Source: Winogradskyella sp. 3972H.M.0a.05 | GTDB lineage: Bacteria > Bacteroidota > Bacteroidia > Flavobacteriales > Flavobacteriaceae | Assembly (NCBI RefSeq): GCF_040493455.1 | Contig: NZ_JANFDA010000003.1 | Location: 347,592-371,591 of the forward strand | Direction: 5' to 3' | Length of the DNA: 24,000 nucleotides | Shown: one piece after another, positions 1 to 8,501 of the stretch | How the letters are laid out: each line of letters begins with the position of its first letter | Position numbering within the stretch: position 1 is the stretch's first letter | The notes under the pieces: generated by a model | What the model was told of the DNA's origin: nothing | Databases searched by the model: none | Seen by the model: only the letters and a program-made list of their open reading frames with translations | Program-made: the position numbers and the translations under genes

Positions 1-1986
1 AATATTCTGGATCATAGAGGATATCGTTTCTTCCAGGCAGATTTTGATCCAGATGAAAAAGGAACAGTTCTTTCCGTGAATCATGATGCGGCAGGAACCT
101 GGGTCACTTACATAGGTTATTTTATGTTATACTTTGGCTTAATGGCTATTCTTTTTGCGAAGCATACACGCTTTGACGATCTAAGAAAACAATTAGAAAA
201 AGTAAAAACTAAGAAGTCCAAAATAGCTACAATGGTAGCTTTGCTATTGAGTGTTATGCTTTCTGCACAAACACACTCGCAAGATGATGGACACGAGCAT
301 TCAGAAGTTACTACAACTCAGATTGATTCCATTTTGGTCGCCAATGTTACTCCAGAAGATCATGCAGCTAAGTTTGGTGCCTTGGTGATTCAAGACTTTA
401 ACGGTCGCATGAAGCCTATGGATACCTATGCTTCAGAATTGCTTAGAAAGTTGAGCAAAAATGAAACTTATGCAGGACTTAATGCCAACCAGATATTACT
501 CTCTATGCAAGAGAGTCCACAGTTATGGTATAATGTTCCTATCATTTATCTGAAGAAAAGAAAGGGCGATTCCATACGAAAGATTATCGGTGTTTCAAAA
601 GATGAGAAATATGTAAGACTTATCGATTTCTTTGATGAGCGTCTCAACTATAAATTGGATCCATACTTAGAAGAAGCATATTCTGCACAAATTCCGAATG
701 GATTTCAAAAAGAATTCAAAGAAACAGATCAGCGTGTTAGTTTATTGTTCAATACTATAGAAGGGCAGACCTTAAAGATTTTTCCTGTTCCCGAAGATGA
801 CAATAACACTTGGATATCATCTCACGATTTCAGAAGAGAAGGTTATCGCGAAACCATTAAGGATAGTCTCTATGGAAACTTCATTAATAATGGATTTAGT
901 GCCTATCTCTTAACGCTAAACCAAGCCAAACAAACTGGAGATTTTTCTAAGGCCGAAAGTTTATTGGAAGGCATTAAAAAGACACAACAAAAGATTGGAG
1001 CAGAGGTGATGCTTTCTGATGAGAAGATAAATTCTGAAATTCGTTACAACAAGTACGATATCTTCAAAAAGCTGTTTAGTTGGTACATGTATGCAGGTAC
1101 CTTGCTATTCATCATCCTTATCGTGAAGATATTCAATGATAGAAGTAAACTGCTTAGAATTTTATCCTATTCATTTCAAGGAGTTATTATTCTACTCTTC
1201 TTGATGCATACTGCAGGTCTTATTTGGCGTTGGACGATCTCTGGTCATGCACCTTGGAGTGACGCATACGAGTCTATGATTTATGTAGCATGGGCAACTA
1301 TGTTTTTTGGATTAGCCTTTGGTCGTAAGAGTGCTTTAACTATTGCGGCAACTGCATTTGTAGCCTCAATGATTTTAATGATCGCACATTGGAACTGGAT
1401 GGATCCTTCCATTGCTAATCTTCAGCCTGTACTAGACAGTTATTGGCTAATGATCCACGTGGCAGTTATTGTGGCAAGTTATGGGCCTTTTACACTCGGA
1501 ATGATATTGGGTGTTGTAGCGCTGATACTAATGATATTCACCACTAAATCCAATAGAGAAAAAATGCTGTTGAATGTTAAGGAACTAACCATCATTAACG
1601 AAATGGCATTGACAGTTGGACTAGTGATGCTTACCATTGGTAACTTCCTTGGAGGTATGTGGGCCAACGAAAGTTGGGGACGTTATTGGGGCTGGGATCC
1701 AAAAGAAACTTGGGCGCTTATTAGCATTATGATTTATGCATTTGTTATACACATGCGATTAGTTCCTGGACTTAGAGGTCGCTGGTTCTATAACCTAATG
1801 TCTATTCTTGCTTTTGGTAGTATTTTAATGACTTATTTTGGCGTTAACTTTTATCTGTCTGGTTTACACTCTTATGCTAGCGGAGATCAAATACTTAGTT
1901 TCCAATTTATAGCTGGTGCTCTGGTAATTATTGCTATACTGGCTTCAGTGGCGTATTACAAATACAAATTGCACTATAAGAAATAG
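1..1986 (+). CDS. Cytochrome c biogenesis protein, ResB-CcsA (CcsBA-type) fusion, 5' truncated by the window edge
   Basis: Frame 1 is open from base 1 (NILDHRGYRFFQADFDPDEKGTVLSVNHDAAGTW..., a ResB C-terminal pattern), so the ORF-track start at 76 is internal. The C-terminal multi-TM region carries the CcsA tryptophan-rich motif WGRYWGWDPKETWALIS. Confidence 0.9.
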   Translation, partial: NILDHRGYRFFQADFDPDEKGTVLSVNHDAAGTWVTYIGYFMLYFGLMAILFAKHTRFDDLRKQLEKVKTKKSKIATMVALLLSVMLSAQTHSQDDGHEHSEVTTTQIDSILVANVTPEDHAAKFGALVIQDFNGRMKPMDTYASELLRKLSKNETYAGLNANQILLSMQESPQLWYNVPIIYLKKRKGDSIRKIIGVSKDEKYVRLIDFFDERLNYKLDPYLEEAYSAQIPNGFQKEFKETDQRVSLLFNTIEGQTLKIFPVPEDDNNTWISSHDFRREGYRETIKDSLYGNFINNGFSAYLLTLNQAKQTGDFSKAESLLEGIKKTQQKIGAEVMLSDEKINSEIRYNKYDIFKKLFSWYMYAGTLLFIILIVKIFNDRSKLLRILSYSFQGVIILLFLMHTAGLIWRWTISGHAPWSDAYESMIYVAWATMFFGLAFGRKSALTIAATAFVASMILMIAHWNWMDPSIANLQPVLDSYWLMIHVAVIVASYGPFTLGMILGVVALILMIFTTKSNREKMLLNVKELTIINEMALTVGLVMLTIGNFLGGMWANESWGRYWGWDPKETWALISIMIYAFVIHMRLVPGLRGRWFYNLMSILAFGSILMTYFGVNFYLSGLHSYASGDQILSFQFIAGALVIIAILASVAYYKYKLHYKK

Positions 1987-2189
1987 ATTTTTGTTTATTT
2001 CTGGCTAATATTGTTTACCTTTAAATATTCCCTTAGGTAGCTCTACATTTCTGTAGTTAATTAATTACTGTTGAACGATATGGTCGCTTAAGTGACCTAA
2101 AGAAGTATTTTCAAAATATACCTGTATTACGGTATGCTTTTGAATGTGATTAATTAGTAATATTGAATCAAGCTTAAGACATAAATAGA

Positions 2190-3983
2190 ATGAGCAAAAA
2201 GAATCCAATAATCAATTGTCATGCACACGTTTTTACTGGAGATTATGTACCGCCATATCTAGCTAAGACATTTTTAATCTGGCCGTTTTATTACTTATTA
2301 TCGCTTAGAGCGGTGATAAATTGCTTGAGATGGTATCACAATAAGATTAAACCATTTTTCTTTACTAACAAAGTCAAAAAGATTAAGAGATGGTTCTATG
2401 AATCAGAAATATTCTTTAGGCGTAATTATCTACTAGGCACAATTAAAAGACTAGCTGAGATTTATCTTATTGTCTCTATTCTCTTCTATGTTGGTTTATG
2501 GCAATATGACATTACTGAACCTCAAGATACACTTATTGGTAAGTGGGTTGTGAAAGCGCTAATTTTTATAAAAGATAGCGGCTGGATTATTGTTGTTCCT
2601 AAGTTATGGCTAAAAATTCTCTACTTAGTACTTGTGCTAATAGTGTTTAAGTCGATACGAAACCTAGCAATTTCAGTACTCAACATTTTCAAAATATTGC
2701 CAGGGAAAAATTTTAAAAAGCTATTCTCGAGATATGTTCAGATAGGAATGTTTTCAAAATATAAAACCCAAAGTAGAATCTATCAACAACTCGAAAAGCA
2801 ATATCCTCAAGATACAGAATTCATAGTACTTCCCATGGATATGGAGTATATGCAAGCTGGGAAATTAAAGCCAGAGTTTACCATAAATTCTCAGATGGAA
2901 GGTATACTGAAAATCAAGAAAACAAATAAGGAGACTTGTCATCCATTTGTTTTTGCTGAACCAAGCAGAATGAAGGATAAGGCGTATTTTGATTATGAAG
3001 TTGATAAAAGCACTGGAGAAGTGTCTTTGGTAAAAGGATGTCTGGTGCAGGAATATCTTGAAGAGCATGACTTCGCTGGAATTAAAATGTATCCTGCTCT
3101 TGGGTATTATCCATTTGATGAAGAATTACTACCACTTTGGAAATATTGTGTGCAAAGAGATTTACCAATAATGTCACATTGTATTAAAGGGACAATATTT
3201 TTTAGAGGTAAGAAAAAATCTGAATGGGATGAGCATCCAATTTTTACTGAAGGTAAGATTGACGAAGCTATGCGAAAGACCACTGAGCATGATAAAAAGT
3301 TGGATTTCGATATTGATGCCGATTACATTCTTGAAGACGGAAAGCCTCTGTACCTTAATGAGATTAAGAATGTAGACTTCTGTAATAATTTTACACATCC
3401 GCTAAATTACTTATGCTTACTGAATGATGAACTGTTGAAGAAAGTAGTTAGTCAAACTAAAGATCCACGAATTATAAATATCTTTTATGATAATGATGGC
3501 GAATATCGCGGAGAAGGGTTATCAGATTTAAAAATTTGTTTTGCCCATTTTGGAGGTGATGACCAATGGAAACGTTTCTTGGAAAGTGATAGAGATAACT
3601 ACACCTCGCAGTTAGTCCTGAAACCAGATAAGGGAATCGATTTCTTTATGAATGCTTCAGGTAAGCCAAGTCCAGGGAAATTGGCATATGTATGGCGTTA
3701 TGTAGATTGGTATTCTATTATTTGCAGCATCATACTTCAGCATAAAAATGTATATGCAGACATTAGTTACATTTTGCACGATGAGATCATACTACCACTT
3801 CTTAAACAGACACTTGCTAATGATAAGCTTCAAGAACATGTGCTATATGGTAGTGATTTCTATGTCGTTAGAAACCATAAAAGTGATAAAGAATTATTAG
3901 CAGATATGAGAGCAGGGCTTTCTGAAGTAGAATTCGATCAAATCGCTAGAGAAAACCCTAGGGCATATCTTAACTTGGATTAA
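2190..3983 (+). CDS. Amidohydrolase-family (amidohydrolase_2-like) protein with hydrophobic segments inserted near the N terminus
   Basis: N-terminal INCHAHVF (HxH metal motif), later GIKMYPALGYYPFDEELLPLW, PIMSHC, CFAHFGGDDQW and LYGSDFYV. Hydrophobic stretches lie between residues ~30 and ~170. Confidence 0.8.
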   Translation: MSKKNPIINCHAHVFTGDYVPPYLAKTFLIWPFYYLLSLRAVINCLRWYHNKIKPFFFTNKVKKIKRWFYESEIFFRRNYLLGTIKRLAEIYLIVSILFYVGLWQYDITEPQDTLIGKWVVKALIFIKDSGWIIVVPKLWLKILYLVLVLIVFKSIRNLAISVLNIFKILPGKNFKKLFSRYVQIGMFSKYKTQSRIYQQLEKQYPQDTEFIVLPMDMEYMQAGKLKPEFTINSQMEGILKIKKTNKETCHPFVFAEPSRMKDKAYFDYEVDKSTGEVSLVKGCLVQEYLEEHDFAGIKMYPALGYYPFDEELLPLWKYCVQRDLPIMSHCIKGTIFFRGKKKSEWDEHPIFTEGKIDEAMRKTTEHDKKLDFDIDADYILEDGKPLYLNEIKNVDFCNNFTHPLNYLCLLNDELLKKVVSQTKDPRIINIFYDNDGEYRGEGLSDLKICFAHFGGDDQWKRFLESDRDNYTSQLVLKPDKGIDFFMNASGKPSPGKLAYVWRYVDWYSIICSIILQHKNVYADISYILHDEIILPLLKQTLANDKLQEHVLYGSDFYVVRNHKSDKELLADMRAGLSEVEFDQIARENPRAYLNLD

Positions 3984-4546
3984 AGCTCAATAGGTTTTGC
4001 TTCACCAGAAAGGATATCTAGTTTGTAATCTCCAACTCTAACTCGAACAAGCCTTAACGTTGGAAACCCAACTGCAGCTGTCATTTTGCGAACTTGCCTA
4101 AACTTACCCTCGTTTATAGTAACACTAATCCAGGATGTAGGGCCATGCTTTTCATCTCTTACTTTCCGATTGGCAATTGGATAAGGCTTTAACGTATCTA
4201 TTCTGGTGACTTTGGATTGTTTAGTAATATAAGATTCACCATTAACTGTAATAGATATACCATTTTCAAGTTTGTGTATAGCATGGTCAGAAATAATGCC
4301 ATCGACTAAAACATAATATTCCTTATCAATGGCACTGCTATTAATGTAATCACTCACTTTGCCATCAGTTGTCAATAATAAAAGTCCTTCACTTTTCTGA
4401 TCTAGGCGACCAATAGCCATGATGCCTTTAGGAAAATCATGCAACTCTCCAAGTAGCCATTTGTTTCGTCGCTTCTTCTGATTATTAACAAATTGACTAA
4501 GGTAACCAAAGGGTTTATGAAGCATAAAATGTGAGTGCTTTGTCAT
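3980..4546 (-). CDS. RsuA/RluB/RluE-family 23S/16S rRNA pseudouridine synthase
   Basis: MAIGRLDQKSEGLLLLTTDG (GRLDxxSEGLLLLTxDG signature), KEYYVLVDG, GKFRQVRKMTAAVGFPTLRLVRVRVG. Confidence 0.92.
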   Translation of the reverse strand: MTKHSHFMLHKPFGYLSQFVNNQKKRRNKWLLGELHDFPKGIMAIGRLDQKSEGLLLLTTDGKVSDYINSSAIDKEYYVLVDGIISDHAIHKLENGISITVNGESYITKQSKVTRIDTLKPYPIANRKVRDEKHGPTSWISVTINEGKFRQVRKMTAAVGFPTLRLVRVRVGDYKLDILSGEAKPIEL

Positions 4547-4720
4547 GTAGGCAATTTAAGTTATTTCAGAAATAATGAAACATTTTTTTGTAATTTGAAA
4601 AAAATCCCTCAGATTTGCATCTATGATTGATTAAGCTTACTTCCGGTTCTGTCGATTTTATCGACCCTTAGACATCAAACAGGCAATGTTTGATATTCTC
4701 TATATATTTATAATTCAATC

Positions 4721-6127
4721 ATGACATCACAAATACCATCAATAAAACAACTATTAAAATATTTTAAAATTGCTGTAACTGGCAAGGAACAAAACTTTAC
4801 TTCTGGCAGTATACGTAGAGCAATCTTTATGCTTTCCATTCCTATGATCTTGGAAATGCTCATGGAATCCATCTTCGCTGTTGTAGACATTTTTTATGTT
4901 TCCAAAGTTAGTGTCAATGCAGTAGCCACAATTGGTTTAACAGAATCTGTGGTAACACTCATCTATGCTGTAGCGATAGGATTGAGTATGGCAGCCACAG
5001 CAGTAGTGGCAAGGCGAGTTGGCGAAGAAGACTTAGAAGGTGCTTCGCAAGCTTCGGTACAAGTCATTTTCTTAGGCGTTGCAGTAGCTGCAATAATTAG
5101 TGTTATTGGTATCCTATTTCCAAAGGAAATTTTAGGCTTAATGGGAGCAGAGCAAGATTTAATAGAAGAAGGATACGGCTATACTCAAGTACTATTGGGA
5201 GGTAACGTTACTATAATGCTACTGTTCTTAATCAACGCTATCTTTAGAGGTGCTGGTAACGCTTCAATAGCAATGTGGACTTTGATTTTATCAAACGGAC
5301 TCAATATTATATTAGACCCAATTTTCATTTTTGGTTGGGGACCTGTGCCAGCATTTGGAGTTGAAGGGGCAGCGATTGCTACGACAATCGGTAGAGGTAC
5401 AGCAGTAGTATTTCAACTAGCCATTTTATTCTATGGTTGGAGTAAAATCAAAGTAACTGTCAGAGACTTGGTTATTCGTGCTCAAGTGATGCTAAACCTC
5501 GTAAGAGTCTCTCTTGGAGGTATTGGTCAGTTTTTGATCGGTACGTCGTCTTGGGTATTCTTAATGCGTATAATGAGTGAGTTCGGTAGTGAAGTTTTGG
5601 CTGGATATACTATTGCCATAAGAGTAATGATTTTTACGTTGATGCCAGCTTGGGGAATGAGTAACGCTGCTGCTACCTTGGTTGGTCAAAACCTTGGCGC
5701 GAAACAACCCGATAGAGCGGAAACTTCAGTATGGAAAACAGGAAAGTACAATGCCGTTTTTATGGCGCTTGTCTCTATTGTTTATTTAGTGTTTGCCAAA
5801 CAAATCATTATGTTATTCAACAAGGAACCAGATGTGGTAGAATACGGCGCATTATGCTTACGTATTATAGCAGCTGGTTACGTTGCTTATGGTTATGGAA
5901 TGGTCGTTATTCAATCTTTTAATGGGGCAGGAGATACCAAAACGCCTACATGGATAAATTTTATATGCTTTTGGTTGTTCCAATTGCCTTTTGCTTATGT
6001 TGCCGCTGTAAGTCTGGATTTAGGTCCACAAGGCGTCTTTTGGGCGATTACCTTAGCAGAAGTACTTATAGCTGTTATCGGTATTTGGTGGTTTAGAAAA
6101 GGAAAGTGGAAAACTGTTCAAGTTTAG
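4721..6127 (+). CDS. MATE-family efflux transporter
   Basis: About 12 hydrophobic segments; ARRVGEEDLEGA, NAIFRGAGNASIAMWTLILSNGLNIILDPIFIFGWGPVPAFGVEGAAIAT, AAATLVGQNLGAKQPDRAE. Confidence 0.93.
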   Translation: MTSQIPSIKQLLKYFKIAVTGKEQNFTSGSIRRAIFMLSIPMILEMLMESIFAVVDIFYVSKVSVNAVATIGLTESVVTLIYAVAIGLSMAATAVVARRVGEEDLEGASQASVQVIFLGVAVAAIISVIGILFPKEILGLMGAEQDLIEEGYGYTQVLLGGNVTIMLLFLINAIFRGAGNASIAMWTLILSNGLNIILDPIFIFGWGPVPAFGVEGAAIATTIGRGTAVVFQLAILFYGWSKIKVTVRDLVIRAQVMLNLVRVSLGGIGQFLIGTSSWVFLMRIMSEFGSEVLAGYTIAIRVMIFTLMPAWGMSNAAATLVGQNLGAKQPDRAETSVWKTGKYNAVFMALVSIVYLVFAKQIIMLFNKEPDVVEYGALCLRIIAAGYVAYGYGMVVIQSFNGAGDTKTPTWINFICFWLFQLPFAYVAAVSLDLGPQGVFWAITLAEVLIAVIGIWWFRKGKWKTVQV

Positions 6128-6289
6128 TTAGTCTTGCGAATCGTTTGCGTCTAAGTTATCGTCATTAATACTAGCTATTAGTGTTAGAATAATGAAGATT
6201 ACTGAACATCCTAATGCTGAAAACCAGAATAGCCAGCCCAGTAATAAACTAATCAGTGCTCGAAAGTAAATATTTCTTATGAGGTTCAT
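6128..6289 (-). CDS. Possible 53-aa small hydrophobic protein, not in the supplied ORF track
   Basis: Open minus-strand frame MNLIRNIYFRALISLLLGWLFWFSALGCSVIFIILTLIASINDDNLDANDSQD, with ~30 aa of TM-like sequence and an acidic tail. It fills the 3' end of the gap and its stop lies directly after the MATE stop codon. Confidence 0.5.
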   Translation of the reverse strand: MNLIRNIYFRALISLLLGWLFWFSALGCSVIFIILTLIASINDDNLDANDSQD

Positions 6290-6352
6290 GAAAGAAAATA
6301 ATAGCATGTAAATATATATAGTTTCGTAATTTTAAGGACAGATAAATTTATC

Positions 6353-7528
6353 ATGAAAAAGAATAAATTAGGTATAAATACAATTTGTACGCATGTAGGT
6401 GCTATTGAAGATAGGCAATTCAAAGGTGCAACATCTCCTATTTATTTATCGTCTTCCTATGAATTTATGGACGTAGATGTGAAGCGCTATCCGAGATATT
6501 TCAACACGCCAAATCAAGAGTACTTGGCTAAAAAGATTGCAGCCTTAGAACATGCAGAAGCTGCATTGCTATTTGGTTCAGGAATGGCAGCGATTAGTTC
6601 TACGTTGTTTGCGTTTTTGAAGGCTGGAGATCATGTCGTAGTTCAGAATGATATTTATGGAGGTACTAGAAATCTAATTGCTAAACAATTCGATAAGTAC
6701 AATATCTCGTATACATTCACCAACGGACTTTCAGTTGAAGATTTTCAGGATGCTATTCAAGCTAATACAAAACTGGTTTATATTGAAACGCCATCCAATC
6801 CTTTATTGAAGCTGGTTGATCTGGCTGCAATTGCGTCACTATGTAAAAGAGAAAGTATTATCAGTATTATTGATAATACCTTTGCGACGCCTGTCGTTCA
6901 AAATCCAGTTGACTTCGGAATTGATATCGTTGTGCATTCTGCAACAAAGTACTTTGGAGGTCATTCGGACCTTTGCGCAGGCGCTGTGGCAGCATCTCAA
7001 GAGCATATTAACAAAATATGGGAACTGGCTAAAGATTTTGGAGGCAGCTTAAGCGATTTTACGGTTTGGATGCTAGAACGTAGCTTGAAAACTCTGGGGA
7101 TTCGTGTAAAAGCACAGCAGCGTAATGCTAAAAAGCTTGCAAAGTTTTTGAATAAGCATGAAGCTATTTCTAAAGTCTATTATCCAGGTTTGAAATCGCA
7201 TCCTGATTATGACTTGGCGAAACAACAAATGCGAGGTTATGGTGCTATGTTGTCTTTTGATATCATTGAAGAGCTTAATGCCAAAGTATTTCTTAAGGCC
7301 TTACAGTTAATAAAACCATCAATGAGCTTGGCTGGTATTGAAAGTACCATGATATTGCCTGCTGAAGCATCGCATGCATTATTGTCTAAAGAAGAGCGCT
7401 TGGAGCAGGGCATAGGTGATAACCTCATAAGATTCTCTGTAGGTATAGAGGATAAGAATGATTTAATAAACGATATTGAAACTGCATTATCTATAATTGC
7501 AGAAGGTAAATTAGTAAACACAATATGA
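6353..7528 (+). CDS. Cys/Met-metabolism PLP-dependent enzyme (cystathionine gamma-synthase / beta-lyase family)
   Basis: ALEHAEAALLFGSGMAAISSTL, YIETPSNPLLKLVD, SIIDNTFATPVVQNP, DIVVHSATKYFGGHSD (PLP-lysine motif), SLAGIESTMILPAEASHA. Confidence 0.93.
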   Translation: MKKNKLGINTICTHVGAIEDRQFKGATSPIYLSSSYEFMDVDVKRYPRYFNTPNQEYLAKKIAALEHAEAALLFGSGMAAISSTLFAFLKAGDHVVVQNDIYGGTRNLIAKQFDKYNISYTFTNGLSVEDFQDAIQANTKLVYIETPSNPLLKLVDLAAIASLCKRESIISIIDNTFATPVVQNPVDFGIDIVVHSATKYFGGHSDLCAGAVAASQEHINKIWELAKDFGGSLSDFTVWMLERSLKTLGIRVKAQQRNAKKLAKFLNKHEAISKVYYPGLKSHPDYDLAKQQMRGYGAMLSFDIIEELNAKVFLKALQLIKPSMSLAGIESTMILPAEASHALLSKEERLEQGIGDNLIRFSVGIEDKNDLINDIETALSIIAEGKLVNTI

Positions 7529-8247
7529 AATTAGATATACTAGCTATAGGTGCACACCCAGATGATGTAGAATTGGGTTGTGGTGCTACAATTGCTAAAG
7601 AAATTGCAAATGGAAAGAAGGTTGGAATCATAGATCTCACCAGAGGAGAACTTGGAACCAGAGGTACTGCAGAGACTAGAGATGAGGAAGCGACAGATGC
7701 TGCAAATATTCTTGGTGTTTCTGTAAGAATAAACATGGGATTTGCAGATGGCTTTTTTGTGAATGATAAGCAACACCAAATAGAGCTCATCAAAGAAATA
7801 CGCAAGTATAGACCAGAGATTGTACTGTGTAATGCCATAGAAGATCGACATATCGATCATGGTAGAGGTAGTAAGTTGGTCAGTGATGCATGTTTCCTAA
7901 GTGGACTTGTAAAGATAGATACTAAGCATGATGATGTAGATGGTTGGCAAGACCCTTGGCGACCAAAGTTTGTGTATCATTATATTCAATGGAAAAATTT
8001 GGAACCAGAAATTGCAGTAGACGTTACTGGCTTTATAGATAAAAAGATGGCAGCTGTTTTGGCTTATAAAACCCAATTCTTTGATCCAGATAGTAAAGAA
8101 CCTGAAACACCAATTTCTAGCAAGAATTTTACAGATAGTATTAAGTACAGAGCCAGAGATCTTGGTAGATTAATTGGCACAGAGTATGCAGAAGGGTTTA
8201 CTGTAGAGCGATATCCTGCAGTGGATAGTTTGTTCGATTTGAAATAA
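7525..8247 (+). CDS. bshB1: Bacillithiol biosynthesis deacetylase BshB1 (LmbE/PIG-L family)
   Basis: MKLDILAIGAHPDDVELGCGATIAKEIANGKKVGIIDLTRGELGTRGT, NAIEDRHIDHGRGSKL, YIQWKNLEP, SKNFTDSIKYRARDLGRLIGTEYAEGF. The HPDD motif and GELGTRGT are typical of BshB1. Confidence 0.9.
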   Translation: MKLDILAIGAHPDDVELGCGATIAKEIANGKKVGIIDLTRGELGTRGTAETRDEEATDAANILGVSVRINMGFADGFFVNDKQHQIELIKEIRKYRPEIVLCNAIEDRHIDHGRGSKLVSDACFLSGLVKIDTKHDDVDGWQDPWRPKFVYHYIQWKNLEPEIAVDVTGFIDKKMAAVLAYKTQFFDPDSKEPETPISSKNFTDSIKYRARDLGRLIGTEYAEGFTVERYPAVDSLFDLK

Positions 8248-8263
8248 TTTTAGTCGAAAAGGT

Positions 8264-8295
8264 TTTGTAAAAACAAGACAAAACAATTACATTTG
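8264..8295 (+). promoter_or_regulatory. Bacteroidota-type promoter for tRNA-His
   Basis: TTTG (8264-8267), 20-nt spacer, TACATTTG (8288-8295); matches TTTG/TAnnTTTG. Confidence 0.6.
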
Positions 8296-8311
8296 CAGTC
8301 CTAATTTAAAT

Positions 8312-8386
8312 GGTGGTTGTAGCTCAGTTGGTTAGAGCGCCTGATTGTGGTTCAGGAGGTCGTCGGTTCGAGACCGATCTTCCACC
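8312..8386 (+). tRNA. tRNA-His (anticodon GTG)
   Basis: GGTGGTTGTAGCTCAGTTGGTTAGAGCGCCTGATTGTGGTTCAGGAGGTCGTCGGTTCGAGACCGATCTTCCACCC. D arm, anticodon arm CCTGA-TTGTGGT-TCAGG and T arm are clear. The extra G(-1) at 8312 faces C73; CCA is not encoded. Confidence 0.93.
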
Positions 8387-8394
8387 CAAAATAA

Positions 8395-8424
8395 AAGCCT
8401 TTCAGTTATCTGAAAGGCTTCTTT
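8395..8424. terminator. Bidirectional intrinsic-terminator-like hairpin, repeat-family copy 1
   Basis: AAGCCTTTCAG-TTAT-CTGAAAGGCTT followed by CTTTT; between the convergent tRNA-His (+) and the amidohydrolase (-). Confidence 0.8.
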
Positions 8425-8501
8425 TGTATATAGTGTTTTTAGATTTAGTGGTAACGTCTCCAACTATGAATCGTTTTAATGGCTTATGCAAATTGATTGA
8501 C

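Noticed and set aside
1479-1667. Short ORFs antisense or out of frame within larger genes (e.g. 1479-1667, 2865-3068, 3174-3398, 4708-4890, 5731-5922, 6816-7052, 7237-7521, 7491-7838, 7540-7860, 8584-8850, 9631-9834, 10432-10638, 12194-12400, 12658-12891, 13610-13855, 14150-14539, 16131-16325, 16736-16957, 19659-19874, 20885-21166, 21776-21976)
   Set aside because: Low-complexity or domainless shadows of well-supported coding regions, with no independent support.
2082-2097. Near-palindrome GGTCGCTTAAGTGACC in the ccsA-amidohydrolase spacer
   Set aside because: Single imperfect 16-bp inverted repeat without a T-tract or second copy; too weak to assign a role.
6290-6352. SAM riboswitch upstream of the Cys/Met enzyme
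   Set aside because: The leader is short and AT-rich. Only a 12-bp palindrome is visible, with no recognisable SAM-I or SAM-II core or pseudoknot.
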